In this document: one piece after another, positions 1 to 9,204 of the stretch
How positions within the stretch are numbered: position 1 is the first letter of the stretch
How the letters are laid out: each line of letters starts with the position of its first letter
NCBI GenBank assembly: GCA_037439965.1
Contig: JBBIVB010000003.1
Coordinates: 1-48,144, forward strand
Direction: 5' to 3'
DNA: 48,144 bases
Origin: Candidatus Veblenbacteria bacterium
GTDB lineage: Bacteria; Patescibacteriota; Patescibacteriia; Veblenbacterales; UBA10138
The notes under the pieces: generated by a model
The model's input: only the letters and a program-made list of their open reading frames with translations
Told to the model about the DNA's origin: nothing
Databases searched by the model: none
Translations under genes and position numbers: made by a program

Positions 1-41
1 ATGATTTAGGGGCGCAAGGTAAAGGAGTGGTAGTAAGATAA
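1..41 (+). CDS. 3' end of an unidentified gene entering the window (...DLGAQGKGVVVR*)
   Basis: Open frame from position 3 to TAA at 39-41, converging on the hairpin at 58-82. Too short to identify. Confidence 0.4.
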   Translation, partial: DLGAQGKGVVVR

Positions 42-57
42 TTTTTATTATAAAAAT

Positions 58-82
58 AAGCTGGATAAACACTATCCAGCTT
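58..82. terminator. Probable terminator hairpin between convergent genes
   Basis: AAGCTGGATA-aacac-TATCCAGCTT perfect 10-bp stem with T-rich flanks; overlaps the stop codon of the minus-strand gene. Confidence 0.5.
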
Positions 83-818
83 TGGTTTTGGGTGATAAGT
101 GTCTAATAGTACTTCCTATAGCAAAGCAGTTAGCTACTAGAAGAGTACAATGGCCAGTTTTGGTATAGGAGAGAATATAACATAGACAAGTTAATCCTTG
201 TAAGCAAAATTTTATTTTGCCTAAATAATTTGATTTTACTTGTGCCTGTCCATGGTAACGCCCTTTGCTTTTTAAATACCATACTGAAATACCAATAAAA
301 AGTAAAAAACTATCAAGAATTAAAAAGGTTAAAGCATTCCACCACCATTGCCAAATTATTTGCCAGTAACTAATAGCGACCAAGCCAGCAAAAATTTTAT
401 CACAAACAGGATCAAGCGCTGCACCCAATTCAGTAATCTGCTTCATTTTTCTGGCAAGTATTCCATCAAAAATATCACTGAAAAAAGCCCAACTGATTAA
501 TACTAGATACCATTCCAAGCTAGCTTCATAGTAGACTAGCAATAAATAAATTAAACCAGCAGGGATGCGGCTTAGAGAAAGTAGGTTACTAACACTGATA
601 ACGTCTTTCTCAATACCTTTATCAATAGTTTCTGAAATACGACGAGAGATAGGTAGATAATGTATAAATTTAATAATAGACTGACGTATCAAAAGACGTT
701 TTTCTGGCCTAGGGATAAAGAAATCAGACAGTTCGCCTAAGGTTACATCTTTAACCTCAACAATTTTTTCAGCTATATGTTCAGCACGCTTAAAAAAACC
801 ATTAAGTAAAGCAGGCAT
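72..818 (-). CDS. CDP-alcohol phosphatidyltransferase family protein (PgsA-like) with N-terminal extension
   Basis: SNLLSLSRI, the D-x2-DG-x2-AR...G-x3-D-x3-D motif (SDIFDGILARK...LGAALDPVCDK), LGKIK and several TM helices. GGAGG SD upstream. Confidence 0.88.
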   Translation of the reverse strand: MPALLNGFFKRAEHIAEKIVEVKDVTLGELSDFFIPRPEKRLLIRQSIIKFIHYLPISRRISETIDKGIEKDVISVSNLLSLSRIPAGLIYLLLVYYEASLEWYLVLISWAFFSDIFDGILARKMKQITELGAALDPVCDKIFAGLVAISYWQIIWQWWWNALTFLILDSFLLFIGISVWYLKSKGRYHGQAQVKSNYLGKIKFCLQGLTCLCYILSYTKTGHCTLLVANCFAIGSTIRHLSPKTKAG

Positions 819-834
819 ATACCTCCCTCTTTCA

Positions 835-900
835 TTTTTTAAAGTATTTTGTTAGTTTTTATTTGTGTTTACTTTACTGCAAAAATCAAATAAAAGTCAA
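835..900 (-). promoter_or_regulatory. Sigma70-type promoter plus boxA-like motif for the pgsA-like gene
   Basis: Minus strand: TTGACT (900-895), N18, TAAAGT (876-871), then ATACTTTAAAAAA (847-835). Confidence 0.45.
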
Positions 901-2001
901 GCTAGGTTAGGAAAGCTCGTGACTAATCATGGTCTGGTAGATATTCCATTTTTTTTACCCATAGCTACCCGCGGTGTTGTTAAAGGTTTGGCGGTTAATG
1001 ATTTAAAGAGTTTAGGAGCGCAAATAATTTTATCCAACACTTATCATTTATGGCTTAAACCGGGATTGGAGTTAGTTAAAAAAGTAGGCGATTTACATAA
1101 GTTTATCGGATGGTCGGGTCCAATTTTAACTGACTCGGGTGGTTTTCAAGTTTTTAGTTTAAGTAAAATTAGGCGATTGAATGATCGAGGTGTAGAATTT
1201 TTAGTGCCGGAGAGCGGTGAAAAAAGATTTTTAACACCCAAACTTGCTTTGGAAATCCAGGCTGTTTTAGGTTCTGATATTGCTATGGTTTTAGATGAAT
1301 GCGTTGGTTATCCAGTACCGGAAGCTCGAGCAGCAGAAGCAGTGGAACGTACTAGTTTATGGGCGCAAGAGCAAATAGATTATTGGCCTAAAGTAAAAAC
1401 CTTAGGGCAGCAATTATTTGGCATTGTTCAGGGTTCGGTTTTTCCAAAACTCCGCGAGCAAAGTGCTAAAACTATTACTAAGCTTCCTTTTGATGGAATA
1501 GCTTTAGGTGGTTTGGCAGTAGGCGAAACACCAGAACAAATGTATCAAGTTTTAGATTATACCGTGCCGTTGTTGCCGGAGCATAAGTTAAGATATTTAA
1601 TGGGTGTTGGCTATCCAGAAAATATTGTGCAAGCAGTGAAAAGGGGAATAGATTGTTTTGATTGTGTGATACCAACCCGAGAAGCTAGACACGGGCGTCT
1701 TTATATTTGGCCTGAAATACGCTTTCAAGATGAAGATAAGTTTTTAAGCTTATTATCACAAGCTGATTTTTATCAAACCATTAATATTGAGCGGGCGCCA
1801 TGGCAGAATGATTTAGCTGTGCTTAACACTGGCTGTAATTGTTTGGCTTGTGCAGAATTAAAAACTACGCGGGCATATTTGCATCATTTATTTGATGTTA
1901 AAGAGGCGCTGGCTGAAAGATTAGCCACCATTCATAATTTGCATTTTTATTTAGAGTTAATGAAGCTGATCAGACGGGCCATCGAGCGAGATATTTTATA
2001 G
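865..2001 (+). CDS. tgt: tRNA-guanine(34) transglycosylase
   Basis: NTYHL, LTDSGGFQVFSL, LDEC, GIVQG, GGLAVGE, YLMGVG and FDCVIPTR motifs; Zn site CNCLAC...HN. GTG start. Confidence 0.97.
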   Translation: MFTLLQKSNKSQARLGKLVTNHGLVDIPFFLPIATRGVVKGLAVNDLKSLGAQIILSNTYHLWLKPGLELVKKVGDLHKFIGWSGPILTDSGGFQVFSLSKIRRLNDRGVEFLVPESGEKRFLTPKLALEIQAVLGSDIAMVLDECVGYPVPEARAAEAVERTSLWAQEQIDYWPKVKTLGQQLFGIVQGSVFPKLREQSAKTITKLPFDGIALGGLAVGETPEQMYQVLDYTVPLLPEHKLRYLMGVGYPENIVQAVKRGIDCFDCVIPTREARHGRLYIWPEIRFQDEDKFLSLLSQADFYQTINIERAPWQNDLAVLNTGCNCLACAELKTTRAYLHHLFDVKEALAERLATIHNLHFYLELMKLIRRAIERDIL

Positions 2002-2049
2002 ATAGATAAATATGGATTTTATTGGGGCGAGGAATTATAATAATAGTGT

Positions 2050-2400
2050 ATGAACTTCGTTCGTGAAGAAGCTACTAAAATTACCCTTAGTGTCATAGGT
2101 GATATTTGGCGTTTTCCAGGCTGGTGGTATACCCGTGGCACTAAAGAAGTAGGTAGTTGGTGTTGGCAGCAAATTCATGATACCTGGGAAAGATTAGCCA
2201 TTGCTTTATTTGTTAAATACTTTTTTAAACCGATGTATGGTGATTATACTTTGTCAGGCAGAATCATCAGTATTTTTATGAGGTTTGTTTTGATAATAGT
2301 AAAGTTAATAAGATTAGTTTTTTGGTTTTTATTTTATTCACTAATTTTTATTTTATGGCTAGTAATTTTGCCATTATCCTTAATTTTAATTTTTGTTTGA
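2050..2400 (+). CDS. Small hypothetical membrane protein upstream of the Clp ATPase
   Basis: 116 aa, Trp/aromatic-rich (FPGWWYTRG, FFKPMYGDY) with a long hydrophobic C-terminus. Confidence 0.8.
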   Translation: MNFVREEATKITLSVIGDIWRFPGWWYTRGTKEVGSWCWQQIHDTWERLAIALFVKYFFKPMYGDYTLSGRIISIFMRFVLIIVKLIRLVFWFLFYSLIFILWLVILPLSLILIFV

Positions 2401-2457
2401 AATGTCCAGTAATATAACTTTCAGTATATTTTATTGCATCTGCATCTTAAGAGATCA

Positions 2458-2514
2458 GTCATGCTGAATTTATTTCAGCATCTAGTAAAGATCCTGAATT
2501 GAGTTCAGGATGAC
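2458..2514. repeat. REP/RPE-like double-hairpin palindromic element (GTCAT...ATGAC)
   Basis: GTCATGCTGAATTTATTTCAGCATCT-agtaa-AGATCCTGAATTGAGTTCAGGATGAC: two inverted, related units, each of which is itself a hairpin. Confidence 0.8.
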
Positions 2515-2565
2515 GAAATAATAAAAATATCTTGTATTTTGAATTTTACATTTTAAATTATTTTT

Positions 2566-5115
2566 ATGCCAAGGTTGCTATGGACAATTAAACCAACTTT
2601 AAGCTCCTTATTAGTCAGGAGACTAAGGGAGAATTGGGAACGTTATATTGATGGCACAGCTTTATTTATTAGTGTGATATTATTTGTTTTGTTTTTATGG
2701 CGATTGCATGTTTATTTAGAACATTGGTCAGATATTTTAGATGCTATTTTTCCTCCTTCACCAGTAGCCAAATTTTGTTGGTTGGCAGTATTATTCATTT
2801 GTTATACTATTTATCGTTTTAACCGTTTAAACCAAGAAAGGTCCTATTTAAAAGGTGATGAGGCTATTATAAAAATTGAAGAACATTTAAGTCCTGAGAT
2901 GTGGCTATTGTTAGAGCAGGCTTGGCGTTATGCTACTAAATTTAGGCATGGAGAAGTGTCAGAAATCCATTTATTAGCCGCTTCTCTTAAAACCAGCACT
3001 GGGCAAGCAATTTTTTCTCGCTTAGGAGTTAATCCTGATAAATTATTTTCTACTCTTTCTAACGCTTTAGCCAAAGTAACTAAAGGTAGGCCAGCTCAAT
3101 TATCAAGTTCATGTCAAGCGACTTTAATTAAAACAGGTGAATTAGCTTTAGCTAGGCGCAGTCATTTAGTTGAGGTAGGAGAATTAATTATGGCTATAGC
3201 AAATGGCGAATCCTTAGCGCGCCAAGTATTAGATGAGCTAGCCATAGAAACTAAAATGATTGCCAATATCACCACTTGGTTTGCTTTACGCCGCCGTTTA
3301 AAAAAAGAATTAGCCCGCAGAGCTCGCAGAGCTTCTTGGCGCCCCAAGTACGCCTTGGATCGAGCTTATTTAGCAGTAGCTACACCCTTGCTAGATCAAA
3401 TCAGTCGCGATTTAACATATTTAGCAGCACGCGGTTATCTAAAGCCCTGTGTGGGTAGAGATAAAGAAATGCAGGAAATTTTCCGTCTGATTGAAGGTGG
3501 TAAATCTAGTGTGGTATTAGTGGGCGAGCCAGGAATTGGTAAAACCGCCATTATTGAAGGCATTGCTCAAGCCATGGTGTCTGAAGAAGTGCCAGAGCCT
3601 TTACAAGATAAAAAATTATTAGCTTTATCAGTACCAGCATTAGTTGGCAGTGGTGAAGTGGAAAGCAGAGTACTGCAAGTAATGAATGAGATAGCGCGAG
3701 CTGGTAATATCATTTTATTTATTGATGATATACACAATTTAGTTGGTCATTTAGCTAATGGCAAAGAGAGTTTAGATGTTGCTGATATGATAGCTAATTT
3801 TATCTCTGAGTCCAAAATTATTACTCTAGCTACTACTACACCAACTGATTGGCTAGATTATTTGGATAAAACTTTTTTAGGTAATGTTTTGGATAAAGTA
3901 AAAATAGAAGAACCAGAAGATGATATAGCTATACAAATATTAGAAGCTACTATACCCTTATTAGAATATCAGCATCATATTTATTTTTCTTATGACTCAT
4001 TAGCTAAGGCGGTAGAATTATCGCGGCGTTATCTGCCAGATAAATTTTTACCTGAAAAAGCCATTAAGTTATGTGAGGAAGCAGCAGTATTTATTAGACA
4101 GCATAAAGGAGAGAAGGCTACTATTACAGCCGAAGATATATCTCAATTAGTATCTAGTAAAGTAAATGTGCCAATAACCCAAGTAACTGCCATTGAGGGC
4201 GAGCGATTATTAAACTTGGAAAATATTTTACATCAGAGGATTATTGGCCAAGATGAGGCAGTTAAAATGGTATCGGCGGCTTTGCGACGGGCGCGCGTAG
4301 AATTGAAAGCTAGGAATGGTCCGATTGCTACTTTTTTGTTTTTAGGCCCTACTGGCGTTGGCAAAACAGAGCTAGCTAAGACCGTGGCGGCTGAATATTT
4401 CAATGGCGAAGATAAGATGATTAGGTTAGATATGTCTGAATTTCAAACTACCGATAGTATCTATCGTTTAATTGGCGCGCCGCCAGGTTTAGGTAAAGAG
4501 CAAGGATTTTTAACAGAGGCGGTAAGACAAAAGCCGTACTCATTGATTTTATTAGATGAATTTGAAAAATCACATCCAGATATTCTTAATGTCTTTTTGC
4601 AGTTATTTGATGATGGCCGTTTAACTGATTCTACTGGCAGGACAGTTGATTTTACCAATACTATTATTATTGCCACCTCTAATGCTGGTACACAATTTAT
4701 TCAAGATAGTTTAAAATCAGGAGTACCTATAGCTGATATTAGACGAATGCTTCTGGAAGGGGAGTTAAAAAATTATTTTAAACCAGAATTAATTAACCGT
4801 TTTGACGGAGTAATTGTTTTTGCGCCACTTGGTTTGTCAGAGGTAATAGCTATCACTAAGTTATTATTAACTAAATTAGCTCGTACCTTGCAAGCCAAAG
4901 GTATTACTTTAAAAGCTAGCGAAGCAGCGGTAGAAGAATTAGCTAGGGAAGGTTTTGATCCTTTATATGGTGCTAGGCCTTTGCAGCGTACTATTCAGGA
5001 TAAAGTTGATAATGCTTTGGCTAATTATTTATTAACCGGCAAGCTTGGTCGTCGTGATATAGTGGTGTTAGAGTCAGGTGGTGTAATTAAAGTAGAGAAA
5101 GCTACTAAACTTTAA
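2566..5115 (+). CDS. Clp/Hsp100 family AAA+ ATPase (ClpA/C-like) with N-terminal transmembrane segments
   Basis: Two hydrophobic helices, a Clp N-domain, D1 Walker [10 protein letters not shown]2 [20 protein letters not shown] and GARPLQR. Confidence 0.93.
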   Translation: MPRLLWTIKPTLSSLLVRRLRENWERYIDGTALFISVILFVLFLWRLHVYLEHWSDILDAIFPPSPVAKFCWLAVLFICYTIYRFNRLNQERSYLKGDEAIIKIEEHLSPEMWLLLEQAWRYATKFRHGEVSEIHLLAASLKTSTGQAIFSRLGVNPDKLFSTLSNALAKVTKGRPAQLSSSCQATLIKTGELALARRSHLVEVGELIMAIANGESLARQVLDELAIETKMIANITTWFALRRRLKKELARRARRASWRPKYALDRAYLAVATPLLDQISRDLTYLAARGYLKPCVGRDKEMQEIFRLIEGGKSSVVLVGEPGIGKTAIIEGIAQAMVSEEVPEPLQDKKLLALSVPALVGSGEVESRVLQVMNEIARAGNIILFIDDIHNLVGHLANGKESLDVADMIANFISESKIITLATTTPTDWLDYLDKTFLGNVLDKVKIEEPEDDIAIQILEATIPLLEYQHHIYFSYDSLAKAVELSRRYLPDKFLPEKAIKLCEEAAVFIRQHKGEKATITAEDISQLVSSKVNVPITQVTAIEGERLLNLENILHQRIIGQDEAVKMVSAALRRARVELKARNGPIATFLFLGPTGVGKTELAKTVAAEYFNGEDKMIRLDMSEFQTTDSIYRLIGAPPGLGKEQGFLTEAVRQKPYSLILLDEFEKSHPDILNVFLQLFDDGRLTDSTGRTVDFTNTIIIATSNAGTQFIQDSLKSGVPIADIRRMLLEGELKNYFKPELINRFDGVIVFAPLGLSEVIAITKLLLTKLARTLQAKGITLKASEAAVEELAREGFDPLYGARPLQRTIQDKVDNALANYLLTGKLGRRDIVVLESGGVIKVEKATKL

Positions 5116-5119
5116 ATTT

Positions 5120-5680
5120 ATGGAACTAAGAATTGAGCGTCCACAATCTGGATATCTAGGGCAAACCACTGGAGCATTAGCTGGCTCCATTTTAGGTTTG
5201 GTTATTTTAGTAGGTGGTTTGATTTTTATTATTAAAACTGGCGCTAAAAATAATTCCAAGCCAGCTAATAATTTAGCAGAGGAGATTGTTTGGGAAGATA
5301 ATTTAAATCTTGATAAATTTAATGCTAATAATATTAAACAGACTCCTTTGTCAGATAAATTACAAATAGAAATAATTAGGTCGGGTCATGGTGATAGAGA
5401 AAGTAAATCAGGGGATAAATTAGAAGTTAATTATACAGGATGGTTGACTGATGGTACTAAATTTGATTCAAGCTATGATCGTGGAACCCCTTTTGTTTTT
5501 ACATTAGGCGCTGGAGAGGTAATTAAAGGCTGGGATCAAGGTTTACGAGGTATGGTAGTAGGAGAAAAAAGAAAACTAATTATTCCAGCCAACTTGGCTT
5601 ACGGAAAGCAGGGAAATGGAGAAATTATTCCTTCCAATGCTATTTTAATTTTTGAAGTAGAGTTGCTTAAGATAGAATAG
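5120..5680 (+). CDS. FKBP-type peptidyl-prolyl cis-trans isomerase, N-terminally membrane anchored
   Basis: [34 protein letters not shown] and LIFEVEL; one N-terminal TM helix. Confidence 0.95.
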   Translation: MELRIERPQSGYLGQTTGALAGSILGLVILVGGLIFIIKTGAKNNSKPANNLAEEIVWEDNLNLDKFNANNIKQTPLSDKLQIEIIRSGHGDRESKSGDKLEVNYTGWLTDGTKFDSSYDRGTPFVFTLGAGEVIKGWDQGLRGMVVGEKRKLIIPANLAYGKQGNGEIIPSNAILIFEVELLKIE

Positions 5681-5684
5681 TCAT

Positions 5685-6187
5685 ATGACCAAAGGTCGTT
5701 TAGTAATCTACTTAATGATTACCTTGGTAGTTTTGTTATTGGTATTTTATGTTTGGTTAGTTTATGAAGTTCAAGCGCCGCATAAAAATTTAGTCAAAGT
5801 GCAAGTGTATTTTGGCAATAGTATTAATGATCCAGAAGTTTTAGATTGTAAAAAGAATTTTTTAGTAGAGCGATGGGTAGTAAAACAGTCTAATTTAGCA
5901 GATTTAGCCAAAGTGGCTATAAATGAATTATTAGCAGGGCCAACCATAAAAGAAAAAGCAGCTGGATTTTTACTAGTATTAATCCGGGAGTAAAATTACA
6001 AAAATTAGACATAGTGGGTGAAGAAGTAAGTGTTGATTTTGATGAAACATTAGAAAAAGCAGTAGGTGGTTCTTGCCGAGTAGCAGCTATCAGGTCACAA
6101 ATTACTAAAACTTTATTACAATTTCCTAGTTTTAAAAAAGTAATAATTTCCATTAATGGACGCACTGAAGATATTTTACAACCATAA
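5685..6187 (+). pseudogene. GerMN domain surface protein, frameshifted at the T5 run 5967-5971
   Basis: The 5' ORF has ELLAGPT..EK..GF. Adding one T restores FTSINPGVKL...VDFDETLEKAVGGSCRVAAIRSQITKTLLQF...ISINGRTEDILQP*, a GerMN-type C-terminus ending at TAA 6185-6187. Confidence 0.85.
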
Positions 6188-6320
6188 TAAAGTCTGTGCG
6201 TTTAATGCCATCACCAACTACCGCGGGGACTTAGAGAGTATTTAGCAATTTATTTTTTAAACATTCTGATTTTTTAACCTAAAACCAAGAACTATTGGAT
6301 AGGAACTAATAACTTAATTT

Positions 6321-6998
6321 ATGACCAAAGGTTTTTCTATTATTTTTATTGTGATTTGTTTTTTGTTTTTTGTAGTAGTGACGGTGGTTAGTTTTTTATT
6401 GCTTCGGGAAAATTATTATGAAAGTTCTTTGGCGACGGTTATTAATCTTGAATTGAACAAAAGAGATGAGTTATTTAATTTAATTCAAATAACCACTCCA
6501 AAAGCGGATCAAGTTATAGAAAGTCCGTTGGTGATAAAAGGTAAAGCTAGAGGAAGTTGGTATTTTGAAGCATCTTTTCCAGTAAAACTTTTAGATAATC
6601 AGGGTAAGATATTAGCACAAGGCATAGCTCAGGCACAGAGTGATTGGATGACAGAAAATTTTGTGCCTTTCGTAGCTACCTTAACTTTTACTAAACCTAC
6701 TAGTACAGCAGGTACTTTGATTTTACAAAAAGATAACCCCTCAGGCTTGCCAGAACATGATGTGCAAATTAGTATCCCGTTATTATTTAAACAAGATAGT
6801 CAAGTAAATACTAAACCGTGTATTATAACCGGTTGCAGTAAACAGCTTTGTGCTGAGGATGAGGTTGTTACCACCTGTGAATTTAAACCTGAATATGTTT
6901 GTTATACCAAAGCAGTTTGTGAGCGTCAGGCAGATGGTAAATGCAGTTGGACCAAAACAATTGATTTAGAGGTTTGTTTGAATGAGTTTAAAGAATAA
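6321..6998 (+). CDS. Membrane-anchored protein with Gmad2 Ig-like domain and C-terminal cysteine-cluster domain
   Basis: N-terminal TM; SPLVIKGKARGSWYFEASFPVKL...DWMT..FVPF...KDNPSG (Gmad2); CIITGCSKQLC...TTCEF...CY..A.C....G.C.W. Confidence 0.85.
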   Translation: MTKGFSIIFIVICFLFFVVVTVVSFLLLRENYYESSLATVINLELNKRDELFNLIQITTPKADQVIESPLVIKGKARGSWYFEASFPVKLLDNQGKILAQGIAQAQSDWMTENFVPFVATLTFTKPTSTAGTLILQKDNPSGLPEHDVQISIPLLFKQDSQVNTKPCIITGCSKQLCAEDEVVTTCEFKPEYVCYTKAVCERQADGKCSWTKTIDLEVCLNEFKE

Positions 6999-7056
6999 TA
7001 AATTGTCTGGTAAAAGATACGTTTAATTTATTATTAAAAACTGGTAAACTTTAAGT

Positions 7057-7965
7057 ATGGCAGAAAATTTAGGCTATACTAAACCTTTATTTATCTTGGC
7101 TTTTGACCATCGTTCTTCTTTTATTCGTGATCTCTTGGGTTTAGAAGGCAAATTGACTAATGCTGATGTTAATAAAATCAGTGAGTTAAAATATTTAATT
7201 TACCAAGGTTTTGTTAAAACGGTAGAGAATAAATTAGTACCTAAAGATAATGCTGCGATTTTAGTAGATGAACAATTTGGAAATAAAATATTACTGGAAG
7301 CAAATATTAAAGGTTATCAAGTTTGTTTATCAGTAGAAAAAAGTGGGCAGCAGGAATTTGTTTTGGAATATAGAGACAATTTTGTAGAGCATATTAAAAA
7401 ATATGATCCAGCATTTGTTAAAGCATTAATTCGCTACAATCCAGAAGGCGATAATGAGTTAAACAGATATCAACAACAGAAATTAAAACAGCTTAGTGAT
7501 TGGTGTCGGAAAAATGATTACAAATTTTTAATTGAAACTTTAGTGCCGGCTACACCAAAACAGTTAGCTCAAGCAGGTGATATTAAAAAGTATGATGAGG
7601 AAATCCGCCCTTCCTTAGTGCTTAAAATGATTACTGAATTGCAAAACGCCGGAATAGAGCCTGATGTTTGGAAAATTGAAGGTATGATTAAACCCCAATA
7701 TTACCAAAACACTATAAAGCAGATAAAAGCAGGTGGGCGAGATAATGTTAGTTTAATCATTTTAGGTAGAGGTGAGAATCCTCAAAAGATGGAGAGATGG
7801 CTTAAGGTTGGCAAGGGAATTGATGGAGTAATAGGCTTTGCTATTGGTCGTACTATTTTTTTACCAACCTTAAAAGAATATTTAGCTAAAAAGGTTACTA
7901 GTCAGCAAGTAATAGATAAAATTGCTGACCAATATTATCATTTCTATAAAATTTTTAACTCCTAA
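7057..7965 (+). CDS. DUF2090 / class I aldolase-like protein (IolC C-terminal domain type)
   Basis: LFILAFDHR, ILVDEQFG, VEKSG, KALIRYNP, PDVWKIEG, IILGRG and GFAIGRTIF motifs. Confidence 0.85.
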   Translation: MAENLGYTKPLFILAFDHRSSFIRDLLGLEGKLTNADVNKISELKYLIYQGFVKTVENKLVPKDNAAILVDEQFGNKILLEANIKGYQVCLSVEKSGQQEFVLEYRDNFVEHIKKYDPAFVKALIRYNPEGDNELNRYQQQKLKQLSDWCRKNDYKFLIETLVPATPKQLAQAGDIKKYDEEIRPSLVLKMITELQNAGIEPDVWKIEGMIKPQYYQNTIKQIKAGGRDNVSLIILGRGENPQKMERWLKVGKGIDGVIGFAIGRTIFLPTLKEYLAKKVTSQQVIDKIADQYYHFYKIFNS

Positions 7966-7969
7966 ATTT

Positions 7970-8941
7970 ATGATGCGTGAAGCTATTTTAAATTTTCCCA
8001 ATCAGTTTGAATATAATCCGCAAATTCAACCAGCTCCGCTGGCAAAAAACTACAAAAGTTTTGTCTTGAGTGCTATTGGCGGCAGTTTATTAGCAGCGCG
8101 TTTAGTTAAGGCTGTTAAACCAGAGGTCGATTTAACTTTGCATGGCGATTATGGCTTACCGCAGCTGCCGGCTAATAAATCAAAACAAAGTTTATTTTTA
8201 ATTGTATCTTATTCTGGCAACACCGAAGAGCCGCTAGATACTTTTAAGCAAGCTCTGCAAAATAATTATGATTGTTTGGCTATTTCTACAGGTGGTACTT
8301 TGTTGGAATTAGCCCAAGAATATAGTGTTCCTTACATCAAAATTCCTAACACTGGAATACAGCCTAGAATGGCTTTAGGTTTTAATTTTAAAGCTATTTT
8401 AAAAGCCATGGGCGGGCAGAATATTCTGCGTCAATCAAGTTTGTTGGCTATTAGTTTAAATTTAATTAAAAACCGGGAGATGGGAAAAAAGTTGGCTAAA
8501 AAATTAATTAATTATATCCCGGTAATTTATAGTTCTACTCGTAATCAAGCGGTGGCTTATAATTGGAAAATTAAATTTAACGAAACCGGAAAAATACCAG
8601 CTTTTTGCAATGTATTACCTGAAATGAATCATAATGAAATGACAGGATTTGATGCTATAGCTAGTACTAAAAAATTATCACGCCAATTTAAATTTATCTT
8701 TTTAAAAGATGATGAAGACAATCCACGCATCATGGCTAGAATGGAAATTTTAGAAAGAATATACAGTGAACATAAATTACCAGTGGAAATAGTGCTTATG
8801 AAAGGCAATTCTAGACTAGTTAAAATATTTTCCTGTATTATGTTGGCTGATTGGACTGCCTTTTATTTAGCTAAAAGTTATGATGTGGAATCGGAGGCGG
8901 TGCCGATGGTAGAGAAATTTAAGAAATTAATAAAACTGTAG
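7970..8941 (+). CDS. Bifunctional phosphoglucose/phosphomannose isomerase (SIS domains)
   Basis: GGS, SYSGNTEE, STGG, QPR, WK..FNE..K and PEMNHNE motifs. Start moved to ATG 7970, after the upstream stop. Confidence 0.9.
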   Translation: MMREAILNFPNQFEYNPQIQPAPLAKNYKSFVLSAIGGSLLAARLVKAVKPEVDLTLHGDYGLPQLPANKSKQSLFLIVSYSGNTEEPLDTFKQALQNNYDCLAISTGGTLLELAQEYSVPYIKIPNTGIQPRMALGFNFKAILKAMGGQNILRQSSLLAISLNLIKNREMGKKLAKKLINYIPVIYSSTRNQAVAYNWKIKFNETGKIPAFCNVLPEMNHNEMTGFDAIASTKKLSRQFKFIFLKDDEDNPRIMARMEILERIYSEHKLPVEIVLMKGNSRLVKIFSCIMLADWTAFYLAKSYDVESEAVPMVEKFKKLIKL

Positions 8942-9064
8942 TAAATAATTAAATAAAAACTTCATTTTATTTTTAACAAAAGACAATACTTTTATTACTA
9001 TTGCAACAGGTATTGGTAGGTCGAGTACACTATGGTGTACTTATTCGTAAAAGAGTTACAGGTA

Positions 9065-9098
9065 CTCTCGCGATATAACCGTGAGGGATTTTTGTTTT
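9065..9098 (+). terminator. Intrinsic terminator-like hairpin upstream of glyQS
   Basis: CTCTCGCG-atataac-CGTGAGGG stem (with G-U pairs) followed by ATTTTTGTTTT. Confidence 0.5.
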
Positions 9099-9126
9099 AA
9101 CCATTTGTTTTAAGGCAATCTTTATT

Positions 9127-9160
9127 TATTGATTTATGACTAGTATTGATTTATGATTAG
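9127..9160 (+). repeat. 17-bp tandem direct repeat (2 copies, 1 mismatch)
   Basis: TATTGATTTATGACTAG TATTGATTTATGATTAG. Confidence 0.85.
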
Positions 9161-9166
9161 TGGTAT

Positions 9167-9195
9167 TTGCCAGAATACAAAAAATTTATTAAAGT
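9167..9195 (+). promoter_or_regulatory. Sigma70-type promoter of glyQS (near-leaderless)
   Basis: TTGCCA-N17-TAAAGT; ATG 9 nt after the -10; no SD. Confidence 0.55.
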
Positions 9196-9204
9196 AAAGG
9201 CATT

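Noticed and set aside
5917-6165. 82-aa minus-strand ORF
   Set aside because: It is the antisense shadow of the frameshifted GerMN C-terminal half.
6190-6232. ncRNA after the GerMN gene
   Set aside because: Only an imperfect hairpin (AAGTCTGTGCG/CGCGGGGACTT); a 3' UTR structure is a sufficient explanation.
9127-9160. CRISPR array
   Set aside because: Only two adjacent 17-bp copies with no spacers; no cas genes. The PD-(D/E)xK domain in the window is fused to UvrD.
9000-9200. T-box or glycine riboswitch upstream of glyQS
   Set aside because: No TGGNACC-GCG antiterminator bulge or GGAGA/CTCTCAGG aptamer motifs.
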